Source: a virus
Lineage: Duplodnaviria > Caudoviricetes
DNA: 53,893 nucleotides
Reading direction: 5' to 3' (one strand)
Virus record (IMG/VR): IMGVR_UViG_3300036760_000504
Coordinates: 1 to 53,893 of that record
The notes beneath the pieces are model-generated. The model was not told where the DNA came from. It made no database searches and saw only the letters and a program-made list of their open reading frames with translations. Made by a program: the position numbers and the translations under genes. Shown here piece after piece: positions 1 through 9,824 of this stretch (positions are counted from its first letter, which is position 1; the number at the start of each line of letters is the position of its first letter).

Positions 1-127
1 GATTTCCTCCAGCGACGCCTATGAGGCGGTAAGTCAATTCGCCAGTCATGGCCTGGATCCTAGTAAGTTGCAGGCTATTGCCTTGGCAGCTCGGGATTTG
101 GCGGTAGCGGCCGGCAAATCTCCCCAG
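1..127. repeat. Terminal direct overlap, identical to 53767-53893
   Basis: GATTTCCTCCAGCG...GGCAAATCTCCCCAG occurs at both ends; 127 is a common assembler k-mer; it lies inside a CDS. Confidence 0.95.
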
Positions 128-2338
128 GAGATGTTCAATCTCCTCATCGACTCTATTGTCACCGGTACTCCCCGGGCCTTAAAGCAGGCCAAGATTCCTA
201 TCAAGGATTTTCAAGATACGGTTCTGGCAGAAGGCAAGAATCTGGATGACAACCTGAAGCTCTCTGCCCAGGAACGCTCCAAGGTAATGATCGATTTGAT
301 CATGAAATACGCCAAAACCGTGGAAGGGGTCTCAGAATCGACCGCGGGGGCATATTCCCGCCAACTGGGCCAGATCAAATACATGTCCACGGAGGCCAAA
401 GAGGCTTTATGGGACTTCATGGAGCCGCTGCTTACCGCTATCACCGGCGCGAAAATCAAGGTTTGGAGCGATTTGCTGGGATGGCTCAAGGCCAACCGAG
501 AAGAATTGAAACAATGGGGCACGATTATCGGAGAATTTGTCAAGCAGATATGGGGAGTGGTGTCCTCCGTCGTGAAGTGGACAGTTGAAAATGGGAGTCT
601 GCTTAGGTCCTTGGTCGAATTGGCAGTGGCCTTCAAACTTGCCGGCTATGCCATAACTCTGGCGGGTGCCTTGCAAACCGCGGGCGCTGCTGCTGCGGCT
701 TCCGGGTCCATGGCCATGGCGGCAGTGGCCGGGTGGGCGGCGCTGGCCGGGTCTATAAAATTAGCCGCCGCCGCTATAGCGATATATTCCATCTACAAAA
801 CCTTCAAGGAGCCCGGGCAGCTTACCGGCCCAACCGCTTCCGGCGACCCGTTCGCCGACGTGGCCGGCGGAGCCAGGGAAAGCGATTTGGTCTCCGGGCG
901 CAAGCTAACCGTCCCCACGGAGCAGGAGAAATTCCAGAACTTTACCGCGGCCGAAAGACAGAAAGAGATCGATGCGGCAATAGCGAAATGGATTAAGGAT
1001 TTTGGCGACAAGCCCGTGTCCGGCAAGGGCGGCGGCGCTGGCGCCAAGGAAACCGCCGACAACCTCCTGGCCCCCATGCTGGCCATGTTCAAAACTAAGC
1101 GAGAGGCTGAACTTCATGACGCCCAAAACTCCCTGGACTTGCTCAAGTCCACCAATAATAAGAAGAAAGCCGAACTGGAAAAAAACCTGGCTGAGGGGCT
1201 GATCGACGGTCGGACTTATTATCTGCGCCTCCAGGAACTTCAACAGGCCGAAACCACCGCTGCCCTGGCCATGATCGAACGGAAAAAGTCGGCCCAGGTC
1301 AAGGCCTACCAGGAATCCTTAACCCAACTGGAAGCCGATCAGAAATTAAGCCCCGAGGCCAAGGCCATTGCGGAGCAGAAATTAGCGGCCGAGAATCATA
1401 AGGCCCTGGCGAAACTGGACACCGAAGCGGCCCAGGCCCGGCTTGACGGTGAGGTCAAGATCACCAAAGAACTTGAGCGCCAGGCGGAGGTCCGCCGTCA
1501 ATACCAGGAAAAGACCGAAGACCTGAACCTGGAAACCGCCCAACTCCTGGGGGCTATCACCGAACAGGAGGCCAAGTTGCAGAGGCTCGTCATCGACTGG
1601 CAACGGGAAAAGGATAAGGCCATTAAGGCTGAGGCCGGTCCAGAATATTTTACCGCCCTCGACGCCAATCTCGCGGCCAAGCAATTTGACGCTAAATACG
1701 GCGAGTCCATGCGGGGGATCAGCAGCGAGTTTAGCTCCGGCGTGGTCAACATCATCAATGGTATCCGCCAGGGGTCTTTCGATATTGGCAATGCGCTTAT
1801 CCAGATGTTCAATAACATCATGATGGCGGCCCTGAAGCCCGGGTTTGACGCCCTGGGGCAGGTCCTCACCAACGCCGTCAAGGGGCTGCTACAAAGTGCG
1901 GCCTCAGCTATGGGCATCTCATGGGGGGGGGGTCCAGGCACTTCCGGTTACGATTATCAACCCGGGGGATACGGTTTTATGAACTGGGCGCACGGCGGCG
2001 CCTTTTCCCGCGGTGTTCGCATGGCCTTTGCCGGGGGCGGCATTGTCACCCGGCCAACCCTGTTCCCCCTAGCTGGGGGCGCCGGGCTTATGGGCGAGGC
2101 GGGGGAGGAGGGTATCCTGCCCCTCTCCCGGGTAGGTGGCGACCTGGGCGTCAAGGCCCTGCTCCCCTCTTCCGGCCCGCCTGTAGTGAATATCATCAAC
2201 AAAACCGGCACCGAGGCCCAGGGCAGCGCCCAGCAGAATGATGATGGCAGCCTAGATGTTTTCCTTGAGAAGAAGGTCGTCAGTTATGCCTCACGCGGCC
2301 CCTTGAACCAACTGATTAAGGCTATTTCAAAAAGTTAA
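1..2338 (+). CDS. Tape measure protein, 3' part (full gene 53432 across the junction to 2338, about 890 aa)
   Basis: Frame is open from ATG 53432 across the junction into ORF 68..2338; Ala/Leu/Lys-rich helical protein; lambda-type TMP C-terminus FAGGGIVTRPTLF..GLMGEAGEEGILPL. Confidence 0.9.
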   Translation, partial: ISSSDAYEAVSQFASHGLDPSKLQAIALAARDLAVAAGKSPQEMFNLLIDSIVTGTPRALKQAKIPIKDFQDTVLAEGKNLDDNLKLSAQERSKVMIDLIMKYAKTVEGVSESTAGAYSRQLGQIKYMSTEAKEALWDFMEPLLTAITGAKIKVWSDLLGWLKANREELKQWGTIIGEFVKQIWGVVSSVVKWTVENGSLLRSLVELAVAFKLAGYAITLAGALQTAGAAAAASGSMAMAAVAGWAALAGSIKLAAAAIAIYSIYKTFKEPGQLTGPTASGDPFADVAGGARESDLVSGRKLTVPTEQEKFQNFTAAERQKEIDAAIAKWIKDFGDKPVSGKGGGAGAKETADNLLAPMLAMFKTKREAELHDAQNSLDLLKSTNNKKKAELEKNLAEGLIDGRTYYLRLQELQQAETTAALAMIERKKSAQVKAYQESLTQLEADQKLSPEAKAIAEQKLAAENHKALAKLDTEAAQARLDGEVKITKELERQAEVRRQYQEKTEDLNLETAQLLGAITEQEAKLQRLVIDWQREKDKAIKAEAGPEYFTALDANLAAKQFDAKYGESMRGISSEFSSGVVNIINGIRQGSFDIGNALIQMFNNIMMAALKPGFDALGQVLTNAVKGLLQSAASAMGISWGGGPGTSGYDYQPGGYGFMNWAHGGAFSRGVRMAFAGGGIVTRPTLFPLAGGAGLMGEAGEEGILPLSRVGGDLGVKALLPSSGPPVVNIINKTGTEAQGSAQQNDDGSLDVFLEKKVVSYASRGPLNQLIKAISKS

Positions 2339-2347
2339 GGAGATGGT

Positions 2348-2701
2348 ATGCCAGCCTGGCCTGCTACGCTTCCACAGGAACCTAACAACGGGGAGTATAA
2401 AGAAACACCCCCCCATGTCCTGATACAGGATGATAACCAGGAGGGACCAGCCAATGCCCGCCGCCGGCTCGGGGTGCGCAAACTCTCGCTGCCATTTCGC
2501 TTCGACGCAGTGCAGACCGATATTTTTGATGCATGGCTGGATACTGACATAGCGGGCGGGGCATTGTCCTTCGATTTTTCCTGGCCACCGGCCCCTCGGG
2601 CTACCCAGAACGTGTCCGCCCGGATCACGGCGATCCCCACATATGAACATAAAGGCGGCGGGGTTCACGATGTAACTTTGGAGATGATTATTTTGCCATG
2701 A
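2348..2701 (+). CDS. Minor tail / distal tail protein (lambda gpM-like position)
   Basis: Directly after TMP, AAGGAG RBS, MPAWPATLP start, GPANARRR motif. Confidence 0.65.
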   Translation: MPAWPATLPQEPNNGEYKETPPHVLIQDDNQEGPANARRRLGVRKLSLPFRFDAVQTDIFDAWLDTDIAGGALSFDFSWPPAPRATQNVSARITAIPTYEHKGGGVHDVTLEMIILP

Positions 2702-3168
2702 CCGAAACTGACGCCTTCCGCCGAGCTATCAATGCCCAGGAAACTGGGGAACTTTTCCACATCCTGGTGACTATTGAACACCCGGATCTGATAGCTCCGC
2801 TCCGTCTGAATGCCGGGCCGGTTAATGTTGTGAGCCGGGGAGAGACTTTCCTGGCCAGCTTTGTGGAGGCTACGATCATTGACCAGGACCCCACCAGGTC
2901 ACCCCAGGCGCAGTTGACCTTTAGCAATGTCAACCGAGAGACGGTGATCGCCCTACAGAGCACGCCGACGCCGTGCATAGTCACCATGGAGATTGTCAAG
3001 GGCAGCGACCCGGACACGGTTGAGCGGAGCTTAACCAACTTAGAGTTGCGGAATGTGGAGGGGGACGAGATATCGATCCGGGGGGACCTGACCCCGGCGC
3101 GGTGCAAGCCTAAGAAAGCCGTAGATTACTATTTCACCCCGACTACGGCGCCAGGGCTTTTTCAGTAG
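2698..3168 (+). CDS. Minor tail protein (DUF1833-like)
   Basis: AINAQETGE..LVTIEHPDL..YYFTPTTAPGLF pattern; synteny. Confidence 0.7.
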   Translation: MTETDAFRRAINAQETGELFHILVTIEHPDLIAPLRLNAGPVNVVSRGETFLASFVEATIIDQDPTRSPQAQLTFSNVNRETVIALQSTPTPCIVTMEIVKGSDPDTVERSLTNLELRNVEGDEISIRGDLTPARCKPKKAVDYYFTPTTAPGLFQ

Positions 3169-3174
3169 GGGAGG

Positions 3175-3624
3175 CTAACTTTCAAGCCGCATTTTAAGGT
3201 TTTGCAAGGCTTGATAAATTTCATAAGCATCTTTGCTGTGATTGCGGTTCTCTAATTTTTCTAAGCCGGTGCCGGGGTTGGTCACGATGAAAAGATTGAT
3301 TAAAATCCTCACCCCCCCTTGCACATCGGTCAATTGAATTTGCAACCTGTGGTTGGGGATAGGGTTCTGATGGGAGCCATAAAAATATGCCATTACCCCT
3401 TCAGCAGGTTTGTCAAGGATTATTAAGTTTGGAGCGGAGCTCACCAACATGAATCCTTTGCTAGAAGTGTCATTGATTATTTCATTCGCCACTTTTTCTT
3501 TGGTCGTTTTATGAATGATAATTTCTGGTTTGCCGCTTTCAGTTGGAATGACAGGGATAGCAGCACAACCATCCAACACCAGCAGGGCACAGAGCACAAT
3601 GAACCATGAAATTTTCATGACCAT
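3175..3624 (-). CDS. Lipoprotein moron inserted antisense in the tail operon
   Basis: Hydrophobic signal ending LDG-C; AAGGAG RBS before the ATG at 3621; AT-richer than flanks. Confidence 0.7.
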   Translation of the reverse strand: MVMKISWFIVLCALLVLDGCAAIPVIPTESGKPEIIIHKTTKEKVANEIINDTSSKGFMLVSSAPNLIILDKPAEGVMAYFYGSHQNPIPNHRLQIQLTDVQGGVRILINLFIVTNPGTGLEKLENRNHSKDAYEIYQALQNLKMRLES

Positions 3625-3681
3625 CTCCTTAAAAGGGTTTTTACTATGTTAGCCCAAAACCAGCAGAAAAATATCAAGAAA

Positions 3682-4098
3682 ATGAGCCTGGAAGAATTTG
3701 CGGTCCTGGCCATCGGCGTCCCTTTTCACGACCATGGCCGAGATTTCCAGGGCTGGGATTGCTGGGGCCTGGTAGTCCGAGCCTACCGGGAATGTTTCGC
3801 CGTGGAGTTGCCAGATTACTCCTATATCTCAGCTCTGAATTCTCAGGAGGCCGGGGAACTTCTTGAGGCCCAAATGAAATTATGGATAGAGGTTCCGGCG
3901 CACCAGGAGCGCCCTGGTAACGTGATTCTGCTCCGACATGGCTCATGGCCTTGCCATGTGGGCCTGGTGGTTAAGGCGGGCCTCATGCTGCACGTGGATA
4001 TGGATATTGACACCTGTGTCGAACCCTATAACTCCGGGGCCTGGAGGCACCGGCTCATCGGGATTTATCGCCATGCCGAACTTGCCAGCGATAATTGA
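3682..4098 (+). CDS. NlpC/P60 tail-tip protein (gpK-like)
   Basis: GRDFQGWDCWGLV and HVGLV catalytic Cys/His motifs. Confidence 0.85.
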   Translation: MSLEEFAVLAIGVPFHDHGRDFQGWDCWGLVVRAYRECFAVELPDYSYISALNSQEAGELLEAQMKLWIEVPAHQERPGNVILLRHGSWPCHVGLVVKAGLMLHVDMDIDTCVEPYNSGAWRHRLIGIYRHAELASDN

Positions 4099-7000
4099 CC
4101 CCCAACCCTTGCGGGTCACAGCCTGCCCTCATCCGTTCAAGGAGGCGAGTGAGACGCGGAGCCTAGCCCCCGGCATATCCCTGGCCCAAGTGCTGCGGGA
4201 AGTGCAGCCCGACCCCGACCTGCGCCGGTATGGTTACGTCTGGGTCAACGATGAGCCTATCCCCCCAAGGGATTGGGAAACCACTTACCCGGAGGCCGGG
4301 GCCAAGATCGACATTCGAGTGGCGCCGGCCGGCGGGATCGGGCGGATCATCGGCACGATTTTTATTGTCATTGCGGCGATAGTGGCAATGGCTGTTTTCC
4401 AACAGTGGTATTTGGCAGGGGCAGCCCCGACAATTTTATCGGGGGCTTTAACGGGTGTGGTTGGCCTCACCGTGGGCATCGTCGGAAACATGGCCCTGAA
4501 CGCTCTGTTCCCGGTCACTGCCAACCCCTCTCGCCAGGCAGCCCTTATGGGTACAGGGGCCATGATTGGTTACGGCGGGTCCGTTTCCAGCTCCCCCACT
4601 TATAGTCTGAACGGCGGCAGTAACCAGGCCAACAAATACGGCCCTATCCCGAAAATCTATGGTATCCACAAGCATTTTCCCAACTACGGGGTGGAAACTT
4701 ATACTGAAATCTTGGGAGAAGATCAATATCTCCACCTCTATTTTGTCTGGGCTATCTCCCGTGCTGACGGCCCTGGTGTGCGTATCCAGGACCTCAAGAT
4801 CGGCGATACGGCCATAGGGGAATTTGAGGGGATTGAAGTCGAACACCGTAACCTGGAACTCTACCTGCATGACCAGACCATCGCTATTGATGTCACGGCT
4901 AAGACCCTGACGCGGACTTCCGGCTCATGGCTGGTAGACGGGATCAAGGTGGGGGATACCCTGACCCTGGGGGGATGTACCACGGAGACCAATAACACCT
5001 CCTACCCAATTTCCGTGGTAACTGCACTTGTCTTGACCTACACCACCAGCACAGCCACCACCACCGAGGCCGGGAATGGGGCGCAGACGGCTATCATCAT
5101 CTTTGGCTCTGGGGATTTAACCCTATATACAAACAGTATTTACGAGGACCCGACAGTTAAGCAAATCCAGTTGTTACAAGGCGAACCGGTAGTGCGAACC
5201 ACTCATGCCGGCCCCCGGGCGATCTCGATTGACGTCAGTTTTCCCAGTCTCTTTGCCAATGACCCACACTCCGGCGCCCGAGGCGATAAAACCGTAGTGA
5301 TCAAGATTGAATATAGGGTCTCCGGTTCTGGGAGTTGGATAACCGCCACGACCTTGACCATCACGGCGGCCAGCAATGCGGCGGTGCGCCGGGGTTTTCG
5401 CTGGGATGTAAATTCCGGCGCTGATCCTGATGTCATCTATGATGTCCGGGTAACTCGCGTAAGTCCCGGGCTGGACGACTCTTTTTCTCAATCCACCTCT
5501 TATTGGACGGCCCTGCGCAGCATCTGGAAAACCAACCCATTTCAGCCGCCGGTGCCCTGTGCGCTTACCGTGATGCGCATCAAATCCAGCAACCAACTCA
5601 GTGGCACCGTGGATCGTTTCTCCGGGATCTGTTCCGGCATCGAACCAGATTGGGATGCAGGAACCGAAACCTGGATCACTCGGATTACCCAGAACCCGGC
5701 CAGCCATTTGCGGGAACTATGCCAGGGGCTGCAAAACCAGGACCCCTACGCCGCCGATGAAATTGATCTTGAGCAACTGAAGTATTTCCATGGATATTGC
5801 ATCGATCTGGGCTGGGAATATAACAAGATCGTCGATTATGATGTGGATTGGGAAGAGATCTGGGCCGAAATATGCGCCGCGGGACGGGCTTCCCTCAGTT
5901 GGCTTGACTCTAAGAGGAGCCTCATTATTGATGAGCCTCAAGAGTTCACCATCGGCCCGGCTTTCACGCCCCGGAATAGCAAGGGCTATTCTTTCCAGAT
6001 TGTGTACCCGGATAAGGTCCACTGCTGGCGCTGCGCCTTCAAAAACGAGTTGAATGATTGGGCCGACGATGAGCGCCTAGTGCTCCTGGACGGTTATGCT
6101 TTACTGGACGCTAATGGCGACAAAGTCGATGCCTGGGGCAACCCGGCTCCTACCCTACCCCTGGCATCGATCTTCGTTTCCCTGCCGATCCTGGGGGTAA
6201 CGCATCCTGATCTGATCTTTAAACATGCCCGGTTCCACGGGGTACAGCTCAAGTTACGATTTATCACCCACCAGTTCGAGGCGCACCTGGACCAACTGGT
6301 GGCCCGGCGGGGGGACAGGTTCAAGTTTTCTCAGGACGTGATTCTGGCGGGGTCTTCATGGGGCCGGGTGAAATCCCTGATTATGGAGACAATCGGAGAT
6401 CCTCCTGTAGAAACGGGATTATTGGCGGGTGTGATCCTAGACGCTGAGTGTCCCATGGAAGAGGGGACTGATTACGCCATCCGCTTCCGCCTGAGTAACA
6501 ATGTCAGTGTACTTTGCACCGTTGTCACGGCCCCAGGAAATCCCAAAGAACTTACGTTTGTTGATCCTATCCCGCCTTATGATCCCGGGCCCCCTCCTAA
6601 AAATTATTGGCCGGCGGTAGGCGACCTATTCATGTTCGGCGAGGCGGGGAAGGAGGCGGTTGATCTACTGCTGAAATCACTCCGGCCAAACAATGATCTC
6701 GGCGCCAGGATTACGGCGGAGTCCTATGATGAGGCAATTTACCTGGCTGATGTGGGGGTAGTCCCGGCCCACGTTCCCTTGGTAACTATCCCGCCGGAGT
6801 GGTGGGTGCCAGATATTGCCTGGGTGCGTTCAGACGGCACGGTCCTGTGGCGGGACAGCGATGGCACTTTGCGGAGCCGCATCTTAATCTCCCTGCGCAT
6901 CCCGGGGGCATTGAAAGCAAATATTACCGGAGTTGAGGCGCAATACTGGCCTACAGATAGCAATGCTGCTCCCATCACCATGCCGGTGAGTCCTTTGTTT

Positions 7001-7879
7001 GACTGGGAAATTTCCATTTTGCCCGTAGAGGACGGGGTTTCCTACGACTTCCGTCTGCGCTACGTCAAAAAAGATGGTTCCCGTGGACCTTGGGGCGCTA
7101 CCGAAACCGAGGTGGTGGAAGGGAAGATTGCTCCGCCAACGAATGTGACCGGATTCTACGTTTACCAGGTGCAGACGATAGTTACGGCAACCTGGACATG
7201 GGGTGCCGATTTAGACCTGGCTGGGTACGAAATTCGATGCGGAGAAATCGGTTGTGCATGGAGTGAGGCGTTCACCCTGAACGGCACCTTTAAAGGTTCT
7301 ACTTTTACCACCACGGAAGTACCCCCAGGATCCTGGGATTTTCTCATCAAAGCCATTGACACCAGCGGGAATTACAGCGAGACAGAGGCGAGGAAAACCT
7401 TCCAAGTCTATTCCTTCTATGAAATCTTGAGTCAAATAGAGCAATGGCCTCTCTGGGCGGGGACCTTGACCAATTATGTACGGAATCCCATAACCGGAAA
7501 CCTGAACCCGGCTGACCAGGCCCTGGCGAATGCTAACAATTTTGAGCTTTTTGACCATTACGTGGTTGATCCCTACCCGGGGTCATCCTACTTAGCCCCG
7601 GAAATTGATCTGGGGGCAGATAAGGCAGTTAGGGCCTACAACAGAATTATCAGCAACTTGGGGCCGGGGGAGAGCGGGAGCAATAGTCCAGGTCTGGAAG
7701 TGGATTATAGTCTCGACACCGGATCACCCCCAGAGAGAGGATACGACGGGTTTGATCCCTGGACCATCGGCTACCTGACTGCGAGATATGTCAAGGCCCA
7801 GGTAGCGAATGACAACACAGTGGGTGTGGTGCGGTTGACCAGATTTCAGCCAGTAATAGACTTGTCAGAGGCAATTTAA
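4073..7879 (+). CDS. Tail tip / host-specificity protein J-like, with gpI-like N-terminus and FN3-like C-terminal part
   Basis: GPIPKIYG, TQNPA and YDVRVTRV motifs; about 1270 aa; likely start MPNLPAII at 4073. Confidence 0.85.
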   Translation: MPNLPAIIDPQPLRVTACPHPFKEASETRSLAPGISLAQVLREVQPDPDLRRYGYVWVNDEPIPPRDWETTYPEAGAKIDIRVAPAGGIGRIIGTIFIVIAAIVAMAVFQQWYLAGAAPTILSGALTGVVGLTVGIVGNMALNALFPVTANPSRQAALMGTGAMIGYGGSVSSSPTYSLNGGSNQANKYGPIPKIYGIHKHFPNYGVETYTEILGEDQYLHLYFVWAISRADGPGVRIQDLKIGDTAIGEFEGIEVEHRNLELYLHDQTIAIDVTAKTLTRTSGSWLVDGIKVGDTLTLGGCTTETNNTSYPISVVTALVLTYTTSTATTTEAGNGAQTAIIIFGSGDLTLYTNSIYEDPTVKQIQLLQGEPVVRTTHAGPRAISIDVSFPSLFANDPHSGARGDKTVVIKIEYRVSGSGSWITATTLTITAASNAAVRRGFRWDVNSGADPDVIYDVRVTRVSPGLDDSFSQSTSYWTALRSIWKTNPFQPPVPCALTVMRIKSSNQLSGTVDRFSGICSGIEPDWDAGTETWITRITQNPASHLRELCQGLQNQDPYAADEIDLEQLKYFHGYCIDLGWEYNKIVDYDVDWEEIWAEICAAGRASLSWLDSKRSLIIDEPQEFTIGPAFTPRNSKGYSFQIVYPDKVHCWRCAFKNELNDWADDERLVLLDGYALLDANGDKVDAWGNPAPTLPLASIFVSLPILGVTHPDLIFKHARFHGVQLKLRFITHQFEAHLDQLVARRGDRFKFSQDVILAGSSWGRVKSLIMETIGDPPVETGLLAGVILDAECPMEEGTDYAIRFRLSNNVSVLCTVVTAPGNPKELTFVDPIPPYDPGPPPKNYWPAVGDLFMFGEAGKEAVDLLLKSLRPNNDLGARITAESYDEAIYLADVGVVPAHVPLVTIPPEWWVPDIAWVRSDGTVLWRDSDGTLRSRILISLRIPGALKANITGVEAQYWPTDSNAAPITMPVSPLFDWEISILPVEDGVSYDFRLRYVKKDGSRGPWGATETEVVEGKIAPPTNVTGFYVYQVQTIVTATWTWGADLDLAGYEIRCGEIGCAWSEAFTLNGTFKGSTFTTTEVPPGSWDFLIKAIDTSGNYSETEARKTFQVYSFYEILSQIEQWPLWAGTLTNYVRNPITGNLNPADQALANANNFELFDHYVVDPYPGSSYLAPEIDLGADKAVRAYNRIISNLGPGESGSNSPGLEVDYSLDTGSPPERGYDGFDPWTIGYLTARYVKAQVANDNTVGVVRLTRFQPVIDLSEAI

Positions 7880-8049
7880 TGGCAAACATGGTTGATCTTA
7901 TTATGCGGTTGGAACGGCGGCTAATTGCAGTGGAAAATGCCGTGGGGATCAAAGCAGGGACAGCCGACCTAATACATCCCAAAGCATTGGCCCAGGCTGA
8001 CGCAAAGATTGAAGTGGAAAAGGCTGAACTGTTCATCAAGGAGAAATGA
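7879..8049 (+). CDS. Small coiled-coil protein, 56 aa (MANMVDLIMRLERRLIAVE...)
   Basis: Start overlaps the J stop (TAATG); ends 1 nt before the fibre ATG; read manually. Confidence 0.6.
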   Translation: MANMVDLIMRLERRLIAVENAVGIKAGTADLIHPKALAQADAKIEVEKAELFIKEK

Positions 8050-8050
8050 A

Positions 8051-9115
8051 ATGGCTGTCGGGACTTTTGAACAACCCAATTTTGAGACACAGACTGGCAC
8101 CGTCTATAAAACTTCCATCGACAATTCGATCATGGCCCTGGCCCGGATCGGCCAGATGTTCGCCCCCCATGAGGAGGATACTCCTGCCATGACCGTGCGC
8201 CTGGACGCCGGGGCCTTGTGGGTAAGCGGGGCCATAGTCGAAAAGGCGGCCCAGAGCACCGGGACGATTACCGCCCCCACTACGCATCCCCGGATTGATC
8301 GGCTGGTGATCGATAATGCCACCGGCGTGGTATCGGTGATTCCCGGTGAGGAGGCGGATACCCCCTCGCCCCCAGTCATCACGACCGGCAAACTGCCTGT
8401 GGCCCAAGTGCTTCTGCAAACCACCAGCACGGTAATCACCAACGACATGATTACCGATGAGCGGATTCTGGGCGGCGGGGGGGGTGGTGAGGCTTTCCCG
8501 GTGAATAGCGTCTATACCAATCAAGGCACCATTGTTGAATTAGGATATGGAACGTGGGCGCCTTTAATTTGCGTAAATTCTAACTCTGTATATCCTCCAG
8601 CTCAAAACGATACGTATGTTAAAGCAACATCATATTTTTCGACCAACTTTCATCCTTATTATATGACCGATCCAACTAAATCCCTAACAGGTGATTGGAA
8701 CTATAACCAGTGGCTGGCCGGACCCGGGTGGACCACTAACCAGCGATTCCACATAGATTTAGGAACACCGTTAGTAATTGCCAGAATTTACTACGAAAAT
8801 GCTCACAAATATGGTGGGGACCTCGACGCCGGGGCTAAGAATTTTACATTATGGGGTAGTAATGACGCCGCTGCTTTTTCCGAATTAACCTACAATATTG
8901 ATACTGGCTGGACTCAAATAGGCGGTGCTTTTCAGTTTGAGCAGCACATAGCTGCTGACCAGGCAGACCCTAAATTTATTAATGTTGTCCCCAATGGTGC
9001 AGCATATCGCTATTATGCACTAAAAATTGCTGATGGTTGGGGGAGCAGTTACATGGGGGTGAGGCGCATTGAGTTATGGGTTACTGATTGTGTTTTATGG
9101 AAGAGAACAGCATAG
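8051..9115 (+). CDS. Tail fibre / receptor-binding protein with discoidin/F5-8C-like domain
   Basis: N-terminal PRIDRLVI..ITDER; FPVNSVY..GYGTW...LWKRTA frame enclosing NQRFHIDLG..KNFTLWGSND..AYRYYALKI. Confidence 0.7.
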   Translation: MAVGTFEQPNFETQTGTVYKTSIDNSIMALARIGQMFAPHEEDTPAMTVRLDAGALWVSGAIVEKAAQSTGTITAPTTHPRIDRLVIDNATGVVSVIPGEEADTPSPPVITTGKLPVAQVLLQTTSTVITNDMITDERILGGGGGGEAFPVNSVYTNQGTIVELGYGTWAPLICVNSNSVYPPAQNDTYVKATSYFSTNFHPYYMTDPTKSLTGDWNYNQWLAGPGWTTNQRFHIDLGTPLVIARIYYENAHKYGGDLDAGAKNFTLWGSNDAAAFSELTYNIDTGWTQIGGAFQFEQHIAADQADPKFINVVPNGAAYRYYALKIADGWGSSYMGVRRIELWVTDCVLWKRTA

Positions 9116-9133
9116 CACAGGAGGGCCAAATGG

Positions 9134-9487
9134 ATGACCTACCCCGAAGTCCTGGGCGAAAAAGAGTGTCAGTCGGGCTGGCGCATCAAGGCGGTCCCCA
9201 CCTTGCAGGGCGTACTCAACCTCTCCCGGCAACTCATTTATTTTGTCGGCATGATCCCGGACGGCCCCCCCGATGTGCGGCACTATCCCAGTGAGGCGGG
9301 CGGCGGCGGAGTTGGCGTCCAGGTTTACCAACCTCTGGTGGAATCATGGCTGGTAATCTCCACCTGGCCGGCGCATGGGTTCACCCGGGTGAACCTGTCC
9401 TCCTGCAAGCGGTTCGATCATGGGGCGGTGACCAATTATCTGAGCCGGATGGGGGAAGTGCTGATGGACTGGCATAATAAATTATGA
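9134..9487 (+). CDS. S-adenosylmethionine decarboxylase (SpeD)-like pyruvoyl proenzyme, divergent
   Basis: GGVGVQVYQPLVESWLVISTWPAHGFTRVNLSSCK aligns by eye to the G.T...L.ESHISIHTWPE.G....D.FTC consensus. Confidence 0.65.
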   Translation: MTYPEVLGEKECQSGWRIKAVPTLQGVLNLSRQLIYFVGMIPDGPPDVRHYPSEAGGGGVGVQVYQPLVESWLVISTWPAHGFTRVNLSSCKRFDHGAVTNYLSRMGEVLMDWHNKL

Positions 9488-9548
9488 GTGCGAACATCCG
9501 CCCCTGCTACCAGGGCGGTATTGAGTGAGACCAGGGGAGGGTAAATTG

Positions 9549-9824
9549 ATGGCACCTAATGAAACTGAACCGAGAGTTTGGAGTTTAACCAATACCATCT
9601 TGGCTGCTTTGGGAGGTTTTAATATATTACTCCTGACAGCTGGATTTTGGGGAATAAATAATAAGATAGAAACAGGGGATAAACTCATAAATGAGAGATT
9701 ATCTGAATTGTCTGTGCAGTTACGATCTACCAATGACAAATTCCAAAAGCTCTGTGAGGATGTGTCCAGGATAGATACCTATCAAAAGATCAGGCTTGAC
9801 AGAGAAGGTCGGAGGGAGAAATGA
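9549..9824 (+). CDS. Membrane-anchored coiled-coil protein (lysis-module, holin/antiholin-like)
   Basis: One TM segment followed by a coiled coil; GGAGG RBS; precedes the endolysin. Confidence 0.5.
   Translation: MAPNETEPRVWSLTNTILAALGGFNILLLTAGFWGINNKIETGDKLINERLSELSVQLRSTNDKFQKLCEDVSRIDTYQKIRLDREGRREK

Noticed and set aside
1-127. Biological direct terminal repeat
   Set aside because: It lies inside the tape-measure CDS and equals a common assembly k-mer; best read as a circularisation overlap.
8051-9115. Diversity-generating retroelement target
   Set aside because: No reverse transcriptase and no template/variable repeat pair seen.
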